A stretch of DNA of 62,968 bases, the filler included, from Octopus bimaculoides (Eukaryota): assembly GCF_001194135.2 (NCBI RefSeq). It is 7 parts of 7 records of this genome, joined end to end, with 100 filler letters (N's around TTAATTAATTAA, not from the genome) between each part and the next. Parts side by side here need not be neighbours in the genome. Positions count along the whole stretch, not along the records: positions 1 to 26,646 come from NC_068981.1; 6 more parts are not named here. One strand, given 5' to 3'. This document shows positions 1 to 11,355 of the stretch, piece after piece. A program made the position numbers and the translations under genes. Under the pieces are notes generated by a model that had not been told where the DNA came from, did not search any database, and saw only the letters and a list, made by a program, of their open reading frames with translations. How positions within the stretch are numbered: the first letter of the stretch is position 1; each line of letters starts with the position of its first letter.

Positions 1-25
1 ATTATTATTATTATTATTATTATTA

Positions 26-60
<35 letters not shown>

Positions 61-79
61 GTTATTATTATTATTGTTG

Positions 80-152
<73 letters not shown>
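1..152 (+). repeat. (ATT)n microsatellite. Other examples: (TA)n 11215-11350, (CTT)n 30137-30219, (ATCT)n 36680-36750, (CA)n 37600-37720, (AAG)n 48936-49090, (ATAG)n 49575-49810 and 52355-52590, (ATGT)n 62550-62770
   Basis: Directly visible simple repeats. Confidence 0.95.
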
Positions 153-155
<3 letters not shown>

Positions 156-773
156 AGTTGGCGAACTGGCAGAATCGTTTGTATGTCGGTCAAAATGTTT
201 ACCAGCATTTCGTCCGTATTTACGTTCTGAGTTATGATTCCGCTGAGGTCAACTTTACGTTTGATCCTTTCGGGGGTGATCTTTGCGGTCGATGTAATCA
301 ACTTACATCCTCCCCACCAACTTGCTGGCTTTGTACCAGAATTTGAAATCAATATTATTATACTTCTTTTTGGGCGATGGTTTCACAGAATTGTTACAAG
401 CGTCCCTGGATGATACCTTGCGGTATTTACTTACAACCCTTTACATTCTAATTTCAAAATGTAAAATTCGACTCCGCCTTTCATTCTTACTGGAGAGAGT
501 TAAGTATTGAATCGATGGAACTGACTCTGTACCATTTAACTTACATATGTGGCTATGTGCCAATTTGAGAAAGACATGTAGCAATATGACCACCCACATG
601 AAGAACAGGCCCTGAAGAATTTTACGAGACACAATCTTCTGTAATTTTCACACGCTTATTATTTAATTAGATTTATGCTTTTAGGAGAAAATCACTTCAT
701 GACGTTTGTAAATTTCATTCCGCTGATTGTCTTTTTTCGATTCATACCATTTTAATCATTTTACTTAGCTGAA

Positions 774-1222
774 AGGCGGCGAACTGGTATGATCGTTAGC
801 ACATCTGCGAAAATGCTCAGCCGTATTTCGTCCGACCTTGCATTCTGAATTCAAATTCCACCGAGGTCGACTTTGCTTTTCATCCTCTCGGAGTCGATGA
901 AATAAGTACCAGTTATGCACTGGGGCTCGATGTAATTAAGTAGCCCTCTCCCCCATAATTCCAGGTCTTGTGCCAATAGAAAAAAGGATTATTTTACTTA
1001 GCTGAAAGGCGGCGAGGAGACGGAATCTTTAGCATGCCGAGCAAAATGCTTTGCGGCATCTCGTCTGTCTTTATGTTCTGAGTTCAAATGCAACCCAAGT
1101 CGACTTTTCCTTTCATCCCTTCGGGATCGATATAATAAATACCAGTTGAGCATTGAGGTCGATGTAATTGACTCATCCCCTCCTCCGAAATTGCTGGTCC
1201 TGCGCCAAAATTCGAAATCATT
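774..1222 (+). mobile_element. Two tandem family-A SINEs (774-990, 1007-1222) separated and bounded by a 16-bp repeat; another copy at about 157-345
   Basis: Family consensus ggcggcgagctggcagaa..ttagcacgccgg..gagttcaaattccgccgaggtcgactttgcctttcatcctttcggggtcg..agtaccag; ATTTTACTTAGCTGAA at 758, 991 and 1223. Confidence 0.8.
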
Positions 1223-1606
1223 ATTTTACTTAGCTGAATGTATAATCTTAATGGTGAAAGATGTTATTTCGAAAACAAATTCATTCGCTGAAACAGTCAT
1301 GCTATCATTAACGTACCATATTGTTTGTAAAGAATGATAATAATTTCCATTGAGTTTACTTGAAACAAGTAACCAGAAAGAAGTGTTTCATGTTGCAAGG
1401 ATGAGTTAATCAGAAGTTATGAATACCGTGTAACGGATGCTTGAGTTTATAGGACAGTTGTGAAATATTTTTATGTTAGTAAGTCAAGTCCGATGACCGG
1501 AGCCTATAAAAATGAAAAGAATAATAGAATGCAGTTTTATTTGTATATATTCGCGTGCGCCTATATCTATGTGTCTATGTATATGTATCTATATGTATGT
1601 ATATAC

Positions 1607-1637
<31 letters not shown>

Positions 1638-1797
1638 TGTATGTATGTATGCATGTATGTATATGCCATATATATATATTTGATGGGATCATTGTTGGCG
1701 TTGCGTGTTGATATACAGCGTGCCACAGGTATGTTTGTCCTGAATAAGTGCATTTCTCGGTGTGATTTTGGTTGAAAACTTTTACGAAGTCTTCAAA

Positions 1798-1855
<58 letters not shown>

Positions 1856-1891
1856 GTAGTAGTAGTAGTAGTGGTGGTGGTGGTGGTGGTG

Positions 1892-1926
<35 letters not shown>

Positions 1927-1929
<3 letters not shown>

Positions 1930-3252
1930 TTCCGATTTATTTGCGTTTTATTTCATTTTCTGGTCGGGTCTCAACCAGAGATCCAAGGCACGTATAGAGA
2001 GAAATTGGAGAAATTAAATGGAGAGAATTTTCTTGAGAATTCGGGTGGATGATGTCAAAATAATTCTCATAAATTGTTAATTTCCCAGGGATCTGGTCAA
2101 AGCATTTTTTTCTGCCATTGTTGATTATTCCTAGGGTACTTACAGTTACAGGGTGGTTTTGGTTTTTAATTGCCACGTCTTGATATCTCAATCTAAAGTT
2201 CCTTATATTTTGGCAGTTAAAAATTCCTTTGCTGAGATGTTTCTACCAGAAGGCACTGTCATATCAGTTAACAGGCATAGATTTTGTTTTGATGACAATG
2301 TCTGGTGGGTTATCATTTATTTGTCTGTAAGTACGTATGCCATAATCCCATAGGATGGTAACGTTCTCTCCCTCAATGACTAGCTCTGAGTGGTGTTCAT
2401 ACCAGTTCTTAGGGTGCGAGGTATAATGACGGCATACGTTCCAGTGCAAGTATTTGCCAACTTGTTTATATCTGGTTTTATATTTTGTAGGAGCAAGGAC
2501 TGAGCAACCGGCAGCAATGTAGTTAATACGCTCCAGTTTGACATTACAGAGTCTACATTTTGTATCTACCTCATTGTGTGGGATATCAGCTTGATAGTTC
2601 CGAGTAAAGGAGTCTCTGATATTGTGCCGGTTGGATAAATCCTTCTGTTTCGGTTGTCAAACCAGCACTCTGCAGCCTCTGATGAGTTCTTCTCATATTT
2701 ACATCAGCTTCCCAAGCTCATTCCAGGTATTGCCCATGTTATGGTTTTTCTTACCACAGTCTCGATATTACCTTCAAGCTTTCCTGTTTGGCTTTTGTTC
2801 TACACTTTTTGCTGACTTAGTGGGTGATGTGTCCTCCTTAACAGCATCATAATCAGGGAGGTTACATTTTCGTCTAAATTTATTTGCTTCCTTTGAGATT
2901 GAGTGCAGTTTCTTAATCTCTTCATGTTCAATTACCAGCTGTATTATCCAGTCAGTGTTACTTTGGATGTACACTTGGAATCCTATAGTGGTCGTTTTAT
3001 TGGACATTTCAAGTTGGATTAAACCTCTACCGCTTTCTTTTCATGGGAGATAGAACCTGTGGACGTCTGATTTTAGATGGTGCATCCAGTGTAGTGTCAG
3101 CCGTTTCCTGGTCTTTATTGTCCATACGCTAGATTTTACTCAGATTCCAACTGATGACAAAGGCTATACTGGACAACTGGTACTGCCAGGGAGTTCATCG
3201 CTGCAATTCTACTCTGGGAGTTCAGCTTAGTATTCAGGACCATTCTGACACG

Positions 3253-3253
<1 letters not shown>
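1927..3253 (-). mobile_element. 5'-truncated, decayed Dong/R4-clade non-LTR retrotransposon (post-RT region to restriction-like endonuclease), older subfamily
   Basis: Minus-strand fragments NSLAVPVVQY, GRGLIQLE, HWNVCRHY..KNWYEH..VTILWDY.I.T...PDIVIK with stops and frameshifts; bounded by triplet microsatellites. Confidence 0.75.
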
Positions 3254-3298
<45 letters not shown>

Positions 3299-3910
3299 NN
3301 NNNNNNNNNNNNNNNNNNNNNNNNNNNNNNNNNNNNNNNNNNNNNNNNNNNNNNNNNNNNNNNNNNNNNNNNNNNNNNNNNNNNNNNNNNNNNNNNNNGT
3401 ATGTATGTGTGTGTGTCTCTGAGTGTTTGTTGTGATTGTTGGGACAGTGTTGCGTGTATATACGTGTGTGTTTTTTCTTTGAGTGTGTGTGATTTTTTTT
3501 ACTGGGGAACGGGCATATTGTGTTTGTGTGTGGGTACATATGTGTGTATATATGCGTTGTATTTGCGTGTTTGTGTCTGTATCTGTGTATGTGTGGGTGT
3601 GTTTGTGTGAGTGTATCTTGTAATTGTCAGGGCGGTGTGTGTAGATGTGTACATGTTCGTGTTTACGTGTGTGTGTATGTGTGTTTGTCTGTGAGTGTTG
3701 GTTGTAATTGCTTGAATCGTATTGCATGTGTATAAATGTGTGTTTTCTTGGAATGTGTGTGGGTTTGTGCTCGAGCGTGGGAATATTGTGTTTGTGCGTG
3801 TGTGTATATGTATGTGTGTGTGTTTGTGTGGGAGGTTTGCATTGTTTTTGCGCGTGTATTTGTATATCTGCGTGTGTTTGTTGTGGATGTGTGCCTGGGG
3901 GTGGGGTATG

Positions 3911-4204
3911 TTAGAGTATGTTGAGTTGTGGTCTGTATTTTTGAATAAATATATTTTCCTTATTTATTCGTGTTTGGTCAGTGGTGTTGTCTGGGCATTC
4001 GTACAGTGGGAAAATTAGGAATTTGGGGGACTTGTTATGTGCACAGAGATCTAAGTGGCCACTAAGTGGTGTCTGTCTTGTGATGGGATTCCTTAATTAT
4101 TGGGGGTGGACTGTCATCCTGTCTATGAGGGTGAGACTAGTCTGCCCTATGTTGTCTTTGTGGCACCCTTCACACCTAATAGCATAAAGTAAATTTTTTA
4201 ATGC
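3911..4204 (-). mobile_element. Penelope-like element remnant: GIY-YIG endonuclease C-terminal region
   Basis: Minus strand reads ALKNLLYAIRCEGCHKDNIGQTSLTLIDRMTVHPQ*LRNPITRQTPLSGHLDLCA...FLIFPLYECPDNTTDQTRINKENIFIQKYRPQLN. The xIY..C..C...YIGQT...R.H and RxxKE..FI.K..P.LN patterns fit Penelope GIY-YIG. Confidence 0.75.
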
Positions 4205-5438
4205 NNNNNNNNNNNNNNNNNNNNNNNNNNNNNNNNNNNNNNNNNNNNNNNNNNNNNNNNNNNNNNNNNNNNNNNNNNNNNNNNNNNNNNNNNNNNNNNN
4301 NNNNNNNNNNNNNNNNNNNNNNNNNNNNNNNNNNNNNNNNNNNNNNNNNNNNNNNNNNNNNNNNNNNNNNNNNNNNNNNNNNNNNNNNNNNNNNNNNNNN
4401 NNNNNNNNNNNNNNNNNNNNNNNNNNNNNNNNNNNNNNNNNNNNNNNNNNNNNNNNNNNNNNNNNNNNNNNNNNNNNNNNNNNNNNNNNNNNNNNNNNNN
4501 NNNNNNNNNNNNNNNNNNNNNNNNNNNNNNNNNNNNNNNNNNNNNNNNNNNNNNNNNNNNNNNNNNNNNNNNNNNNNNNNNNNNNNNNNNNNNNNNNNNN
4601 NNNNNNNNNNNNNNNNNNNNNNNNNNNNNNNNNNNNNNNNNNNNNNNNNNNNNNNNNNNNNNNNNNNNNNNNNNNNNNNNNNNNNNNNNNNNNNNNNNNN
4701 NNNNNNNNNNNNNNNNNNNNNNNNNNNNNNNNNNNNNNNNNNNNNNNNNNNNNNNNNNNNNNNNNNNNNNNNNNNCAAACCTGCACACACAAGGAGTCAG
4801 AAGTACACACACATATACAAGCACACAAACATGAACACAAACAGGCACATGGATTTGCAGAATACATACATACCTACAAACGTGCTCACAAGCATACATA
4901 TATATATATGCATACACACATACATGCATACACACATAGATGCATACACACACTGTCATACATACATACACACACATACATGCATACATACAAACATATG
5001 TGTATGCACATGCACACTGACGCACATGCATGCACACAAACAAACAAAAAAAGAACGTAATTCCGATAACGGACACAGTCAACGATTACTGAAAAGGTAG
5101 CAAGACGCAACGAAAATTTCAGCAAAAGTAAGTAAATGAGTAAAAATCGAACCGGTGAGTGCGTTAAATTGATAAGGTACTAAAAGAGAATGACTCCCCC
5201 CAGACAATAATATATATGTGTGTGTGTGTAATATATGTATGTGTGTTTGTGTGAGTGTATGTGTGTGTGTGTGTGAGAGAGTTTGTTAGTGCGTGTATCT
5301 TCAGAGTATAATGTAACTAGATTGGTTTAGTATGTCTCAGGGTCATTACTATTTTTCTACTAAAGTTAAGATTTTTCATTAAACATACAAATCGAGAAAA
5401 ACTAACCAAATCTAAGCATAGAAGCGTACCTGCGTGTT

Positions 5439-5488
<50 letters not shown>

Positions 5489-5495
5489 TATTATT

Positions 5496-5528
<33 letters not shown>

Positions 5529-5949
5529 CAGTAGTTTTATTTTTATAACGTGCTTTCACTTCACTACCGAGCGCAGCTCTGTGCGCCTTGGGTATGTGCT
5601 GTGGTTTGCTGTGGTGCTCTTATGTTTACTGTATTGAAAGTGTTTTGCGTAGGATGTGTGCAGTACCAAGTAGTGCAATTTTCTGTATGTTATATATATT
5701 TGTAAGTCCTGCTATTTTTGTTATGTATTTGTCTGAATATTTTTTTATTATACCTAAGGCACCTACTATGATAGGAATTGTTTCTGTTTTTAGATTCCAC
5801 ATTCGAGTTATCTCTATTTCCAGGTCTTTGTATTTTGAAAGTTTTTCCATTTCTTTCAGAGAAACGTTGTCATCTGCTGGTATTGATACATCAATTAGAA
5901 AGCATTTTTTTTCTTCATGATCTTTGACAACTATATCTGGTCTATTTGC

Positions 5950-5950
<1 letters not shown>
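5529..5950 (-). mobile_element. Dong/R4 LINE 3' fragment (RLE domain plus 3' UTR), young subfamily
   Basis: ANRPDIVVKDHEEKKCFLIDVSIPADDNVSLKEMEKLSKYKDLEIEITRMWNLK...ILRKTLSIQ* (PD..D..K RLE motif). The 3' UTR matches 27005-27101; flanked by (ATT)n/(ATC)n. Confidence 0.85.
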
Positions 5951-6016
<66 letters not shown>

Positions 6017-6055
6017 TATATTGCTATCATTACCTCTGCTATTTTATTTCGACAG

Positions 6056-6141
6056 TGCGATTTCGAAGAATATGATACAAATAAAGATGGCCAAGTTACC
6101 AAACCAGAGTTCGTTCGAGCGATGTATAAGCGATATCTTCA
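6056..6141 (+). CDS. Internal coding exon of a calmodulin-like EF-hand protein (gene 1); EF2-equivalent hand; 5' exons not identified
   Basis: Acceptor ttttatttcgacag|, donor CA|gtaagt at 6142. Translates CDFEEYDTNKDGQVTKPEFVRAMYKRYL+CA with canonical loop DTNKDGQVTKPE. The phase-2 end matches the 1-nt overhang of the exon at 9894 (CA+A = Gln). Confidence 0.8.
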
Positions 6142-6530
6142 GTAAGTTCACACGTTTCGTATCTTTTCATCGTATCTCTCATTTTGGATCTTTTCCTTTT
6201 CATGGGCAGTTCGATTAATTAATTTTCTTTAACTAAACACTTTGAAACTTCGTATACTGGTAGAATGTGTCATATAGAGCATATTTTACTCTTAGCGCTG
6301 TTGAGAAAAGTTTCTACTTTCGAAGTTATTTCGTGTTAAAGCTGTCGTATTTCGGTAATTTCAGCCAATCAATGACTTGTATTCAGCTGAATAAAATTAC
6401 TGCTGTTGTTTGAATATTTACAGTAGTGAAAATATTCAAAAAATCATATCGTTTGTCACTGTTATTTATGACATCGTCCGCACGTTTGTACTTGTTTTAG
6501 CTTTAAAAACATTTACAACAATTTTTCTAC

Positions 6531-6667
6531 TTAGGGTTAGGGTTTTAGGGTTAGGTTTTAAGGGTTAGGGTTGGGTTTTAGTGTTAAGGTTAGGGTTTTA
6601 GAGTTAGAGTTTTAAGGTTAGGGTTTTAGGTTAGGGTTTTAGGTTTGAGGTCTTAGGGTTAAGGTTA
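6531..6667 (+). repeat. Degenerate telomere-like (TTAGGG / TTTTAGGG) array inside the TIR element
   Basis: ttagggttagggttttagggttaggttttaagggttaggg...; interstitial, between the two TIR arms. Confidence 0.85.
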
Positions 6668-7324
6668 TGGAAAAAGTGAAAAATGAAGGAATTGGAGTGG
6701 GAGGGGCTAAAAAATTTCAGGAAAACAGGACCCCCCCCCCTAAAAGCAGTAGAAATGCACGAACGATTATGATGGTGTCATGAAGTAAACGTTTTTCCGA
6801 TACACTCGTTTATTCTTATGAACGTAACTGAAATGAAATATGTCATAAATAACAGTGACAAGCGAAATATACACCGCCGGAAGTTGTTGTTGACAAACAA
6901 CAACAGTATTTTTTGCCAACTGAATACACGTCATTGATTGGTCGAAATTATCGAAATACGATAACTTTAACACGAAATAACTTCGAAAATAGAAACTTTT
7001 CTCAGGAGTGGCTCCGACAACAGTAAAAACAACGAGAACAACAACAACAATCTTATCACCACTAGCACAACTATCAATAGTACCAAACATTCCTTAGTAA
7101 TAAATTTCCGTTAATAACTGAATGGTGTCGGTGGAGGGGCGAGAGAAGCGGAAGATATAGGAATCTGTTTCGATAACGGAGCGAGCATACAACAGCAACA
7201 ACAACAACAGCAATAACAATTACATTTCACTTGAAACAGTGCTAAGTATTTTATAGGAAGGAAAAAGAATTGTAAAGTTGTAACATTTATCGCTTTTCCC
7301 ATATGTTTCTTACGACAAATTGGT

Positions 7325-7762
7325 ATGTGGTTAAGAGGCTCGTTTTGCAACCAAATGGTTTCGGGATCAGTCCCACTGCGCAGCATCTTGGGCAAGTGCC
7401 TTTTATTATAGCCCCAGGCCAACCGGTGGCTTGTAATAGTCTGGAGTGGCTGCATGGTAAGAAGCTTGCTTCCCAACCACATGGTTCCGGGTTCAGTCCC
7501 AATGCGTGGCACATTGAGCAAGTGTGTGTGTGTGTGTGTGTGTGTGTCTGTATATGTTTGTGTGTTTGTGTTCCCCCATCATCGCTTGACAACCGATGGT
7601 GGTGTGTTTAGGTCCCCGTAACTTAGCGGTTCGGCAAAAGAGACCGATAGAATAAGAACTAGGCATCCAAAGAATAAGTCCTGGGGTCGATTTGCTCGAC
7701 TAAAGGCGGTGCTCCAGCATGGCCGCGGTCAAATGACTGAAACAAGTAAAAGAGTAAAGAGT
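7325..7762 (+). mobile_element. Family-B tRNA-derived SINE(s); further copies at about 10568-10790(+), 14845-15110(-), 40595-40900(-), 42433-42835(+), 47020-47362(-), 50998-51200(+), 52000-52356(-)
   Basis: Head ggagtggctgtgtggtaag..gcttgcttcccaaccacatggttccgggttcagtccc; tail ccgtaacttagcggttcggcaaaag..aaatgactgaaacaagtaaaagag. Confidence 0.8.
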
Positions 7763-8074
7763 AACGCTAAGAGTAAAAGATGTTCTATATGACACATTCT
7801 ACCAGTATACGAAGTTTCAAAGTGTTTAATTAAAGAAAATTAATCAATCGAGCTGCCCATGTAAAGGAAAAAGATCCCTCATTTTATTTCATAATGCCTT
7901 CCATAATGATACAGCTAAACATTTGTAATGACTTGCTGTAGCTGTTTACATTGTAGACATATATAACAGAAGCCTTATGTTATCCAGCCACACGAACAAA
8001 AGTAAATGCTATGTAACTTAGTCCGATGTTTGCTCGGTCACTTTCAATAATCTTTTCTATTCTAAGCACAAGGC

Positions 8075-8272
8075 CTTGAAAATTTTTGGAGAAGGGGGCT
8101 AGTTGATTATATCGACCCCACCAGTGTGTAACTGGTACTTATTTCATCGATCCCAAAAGGATGAAAGGCAAAGTCGACCATGGCGGAATTTGAACACAGA
8201 ACGTAGCGGTAGACGAAATACCGCTAAGCATGTCGCCCAGCGTGCTACCGATTCTGCCGGCTCGCCGCCTTA
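8075..8272 (-). mobile_element. Family-A SINE; further dispersed copies at about 8938-9085, 25730-25935, 39309-39500, 39580-39706, 40920-41040, 50215-50349(-), 57900-58015(-), 59932-60052
   Basis: Reverse complement of the family-A core (ggatgaaaggcaaagtcgacc..ggcggaatttgaac). Confidence 0.75.
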
Positions 8273-9086
8273 AATAATGATTTCTTTTCTTTTATTTAAA
8301 AAAAATATTTTATTTTTATTTTTCCTCGGCCTTTTGGCTAAGATCAAAATGCCACCTTAAATAACAACAACAACAATACCAACAACAACAACAACAACAA
8401 CGACGACGACAACAACAACAACAGCAACAATAATGATAATAATTATAATAATGATGAAGGCCTTTCCCGTGGAAGACGACGTATGTGTGTTCAGTTTTTG
8501 CTGAACGAGCTGCACAAATGATTTGATTATAGTGATCAAATGTATGTGCTGTGGTACATAAACTCACTCCCGCCATCAAATCGATATTACATGTACAGGT
8601 GCACGAGTGTGTCACACGTCAGATGTCAAAATGATCGCAGAGCAACGTGAAAGGAAATGTTTTGCTCAAGAACACAACGCTCTTTCCGGGAATCGAAACC
8701 ATGATCTAGCGTTCGTGAGTGCAGACACTCACCGCTAGACTATATATTGTTCACAACGCCACCTTCCCCAAATGGTGAATTTTATGTTGCATGCATACAT
8801 AATGAACTAAAACACATTTTCGTCTGAGTACTAGACCGCTGATCAAGAAATGTTGCGTAACCCAGAGTGCTTTTTGAATAAGACACAATTACATCCGCTT
8901 TATGTGTTCTATATCACTTTATTATTAGAGGAACTTGTAAGGCAGCGAGCTAGTAGAACCGTTAGCACGCCGGGGAAAAAAAAAAATTCATATCGGCATT
9001 TCGCCCGTCTTTACGTTCTGAATTCAAATTCTGCCGAAGTCGACTTTACCTTTCGAGTGCGATAAAAGAAGAACCAGTTGAACGCG

Positions 9087-9598
9087 TATTTTGCATGAAG
9101 ACCTGCATCTTCACCCGTACGAATTGGTCAATCGGCAACAGTTAAAACCGAGGGACTATGCACGGCGGCTTAACTTCGCACGTCAGAGGGAAGCAATTTT
9201 GGGGGTAAATAACGGCTTCATTTTTTTAATGAATGATGAAGCTCATTTTCATCCCAATGCCATGGCGAATCAACAGAACTGTCGTTATTGAACCTTGGGG
9301 AAACCTCAAGGCACGTGTGCATGTGCATTAGCCCCACATATTGGACGATTTAAAGGAAGTTAATCGCGTGGAATTCGCCGAAATCGACAGAGCAGTGTCG
9401 GAGGAAGTGGAGGCGAATTTCCAAGAACGCTTTCAGAAATGTATCAATGAAAACGGACTCCACATGATAGATGTTGTTATACTTCATTTTGACAAATGCT
9501 AATTCAATATAAACACATTGATGTCAATAGAATTTGCACCTTAAATTAATGATTTTGTGAATTTTTCAAAAACGCCTGTCCCTCTACCCCACCCTGTA
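9087..9598 (+). mobile_element. Tc1/mariner-superfamily (maT/rosa-like) transposase remnant with internal deletion and right TIR
   Basis: LHEDLHLHPYELVNRQQLKPRDYARRLNFA...FLMNDEAHFH...NQQNCRY, then a C-terminal helix (EIDRAVSEEVEANFQERFQKCINENGLH). Ends in CCACCCTG followed by TA. Confidence 0.7.
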
Positions 9599-9893
9599 TA
9601 AACCTTCTTTACGTAAGGATTAGTAAAAATCAACCAATAAGTATTGAGTGTCTTCGCCATGAACTCGATTAAGTGTGGATGACAGTATTCAAACCACCAC
9701 CCAGTCATCTAGTTTTTCACTAATCAACTGAGTCATACGTTACATAAGTGCTTTCTTATATCAACTAAATTTCACCTTATAAATAAAAAACTGCTTACTT
9801 TGAATGAATTATTATTTTGTTGCTTTTCTACAAATGGCATAATTTTATATTGTTACTAATTTTGCTTCTTCTCTATTCTATTTCTTTATTAAG

Positions 9894-10095
9894 AGATCCG
9901 GATGATATTGCGTTAGCTTTTAAGACGTTTGACACTGACGGTTCTGGTTGTCTCAGCGAAGAGGAACTAAAGGCGGCAATGAAAAAGATGTATATGGATT
10001 ACCATGATGAAAAGTATAAAGACATCATTGCTCGTTTAACAAAATGTGGTAAAATTGATTACAAAGAATTTGCGCAGGCTGCTATGAAATTGTAA
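9894..10095 (+). CDS. Terminal coding exon of the calmodulin-like EF-hand protein (gene 1): canonical EF3, degenerate EF4, stop
   Basis: Pyrimidine-rich acceptor ttctttattaag|. Translates (Q)DPDDIALAFKTFDTDGSGCLSEEELKAAMKKMYMDYHDEKYKDIIARLTKCGKIDYKEFAQAAMKL*. Loop DTDGSGCLSEEE is canonical; the KIDYKEF end matches calmodulin-type EF4. Confidence 0.88.
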
Positions 10096-10118
10096 AGGCT
10101 ACTTATTTTGAGAGATAA

Positions 10119-10124
10119 AATAAA
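10119..10124 (+). promoter_or_regulatory. Candidate polyadenylation signal of EF-hand gene 1
   Basis: AATAAA about 24 nt after the TAA stop, followed by T-rich sequence. AATAAA is common in AT-rich DNA. Confidence 0.45.
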
Positions 10125-10730
10125 AGCGATGTAAACAATTACTGCTGTTTAATTGGTTTTCAGTGAGTTATTTATATTTAGTTTGAAACATAAATTGCTT
10201 ATATACATGTGTGTGTTAGATGATTGGGGATTAAACGGATTTTTAGCATGATTTAATATACGTTGAAACAAAATCTAACGTTTATGAACTATAGTCATAT
10301 AAAGATTATTAAACGTATAAAGGTTTCTATAAGGCAACAAGGAGGATATTACAACATTCACGGAGGCGCTGGGGACTGGTGTTTGCTGTCTTAGTAATTA
10401 CTTAACAATCGTCATATTAAACAGAATGATGTCAGACTTAGGCTCTCTAATAAACTGGGCTACTATGATTTATTAAATCCCCAAACACATCAGACGTGTT
10501 TGCTTTGTGCACCATTCTTATTAAAATAGTTTCAGATTTGTTGTAAATATTTTCAGTAAGTAAACTAAGGCGCAAGAGTGGCTGTGTGGAGAGAAGCTTG
10601 CTTCCCAACCACATGGTTCCGGGTTCAGTTCCACTGCGTGGCACTTGGGCAAGTGTCTTCTACTATAGCCTCGGGCTGACCAAGGCCTTGTGAGTGGATT
10701 TGATAGACGGAAACTGAAAAAAATCTGTCG

Positions 10731-10762
<32 letters not shown>

Positions 10763-10797
10763 TATATATAAATGAGAATGTATGTCTGTATGTGTGC

Positions 10798-10838
<41 letters not shown>

Positions 10839-11230
10839 TGTGTGCTTCCCTAAAACTCGAGAACTACACAACCAATTTCATTTAAATTTTACACATGCCT
10901 TACTTGCATAGGTCGAGCCCACAGCAACATCACATCTCCTCCACTATTTAAGTATTACGTGTCAAAAGTGAAACACAAACACTCATGTCAAATACATTCA
11001 GTTTAAAAATGAAACTATTCCACTAACTGAAACAATTACATTTCGATACTGTAATGACAGATACTTTCACTTTAATGGTTTCATTTTCATACTGAATCTA
11101 CTGCAGTGAAACTATACTCTCACATATATCCAGGCATACATACATATATACATACATACATGCATATATATATCTGCACAAATGTATACATATACATGTA
11201 TATATATATATACATGTATATATATATGTA

Positions 11231-11355
<125 letters not shown>

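Larger units (their letters stand above)
6186..7877. mobile_element. Non-autonomous TIR DNA transposon (MITE/foldback) with about 290-bp TIRs, 8-bp TSD and an internal TTAGGG-like array; right TIR interrupted
   Basis: Termini GGATCTTTTCC...GGAAAAAGATCC; direct repeat CTCATTTT at 6178-6185 and 7878-7885. The left arm (about 6186-6475) is the reverse complement of about 6840-7005 plus 7763-7877. Confidence 0.8.

Noticed and set aside
59-346. Poly-Leu/Ile, YI-, CV-, HT-, SF- and RTNE-repeat ORFs throughout the six-frame track
   Set aside because: They are translations of microsatellites or N runs, with no coding signal.
6531-6667. True telomere or chromosome fusion site
   Set aside because: The array is short, degenerate, single-orientation and enclosed by TIRs with a TSD.
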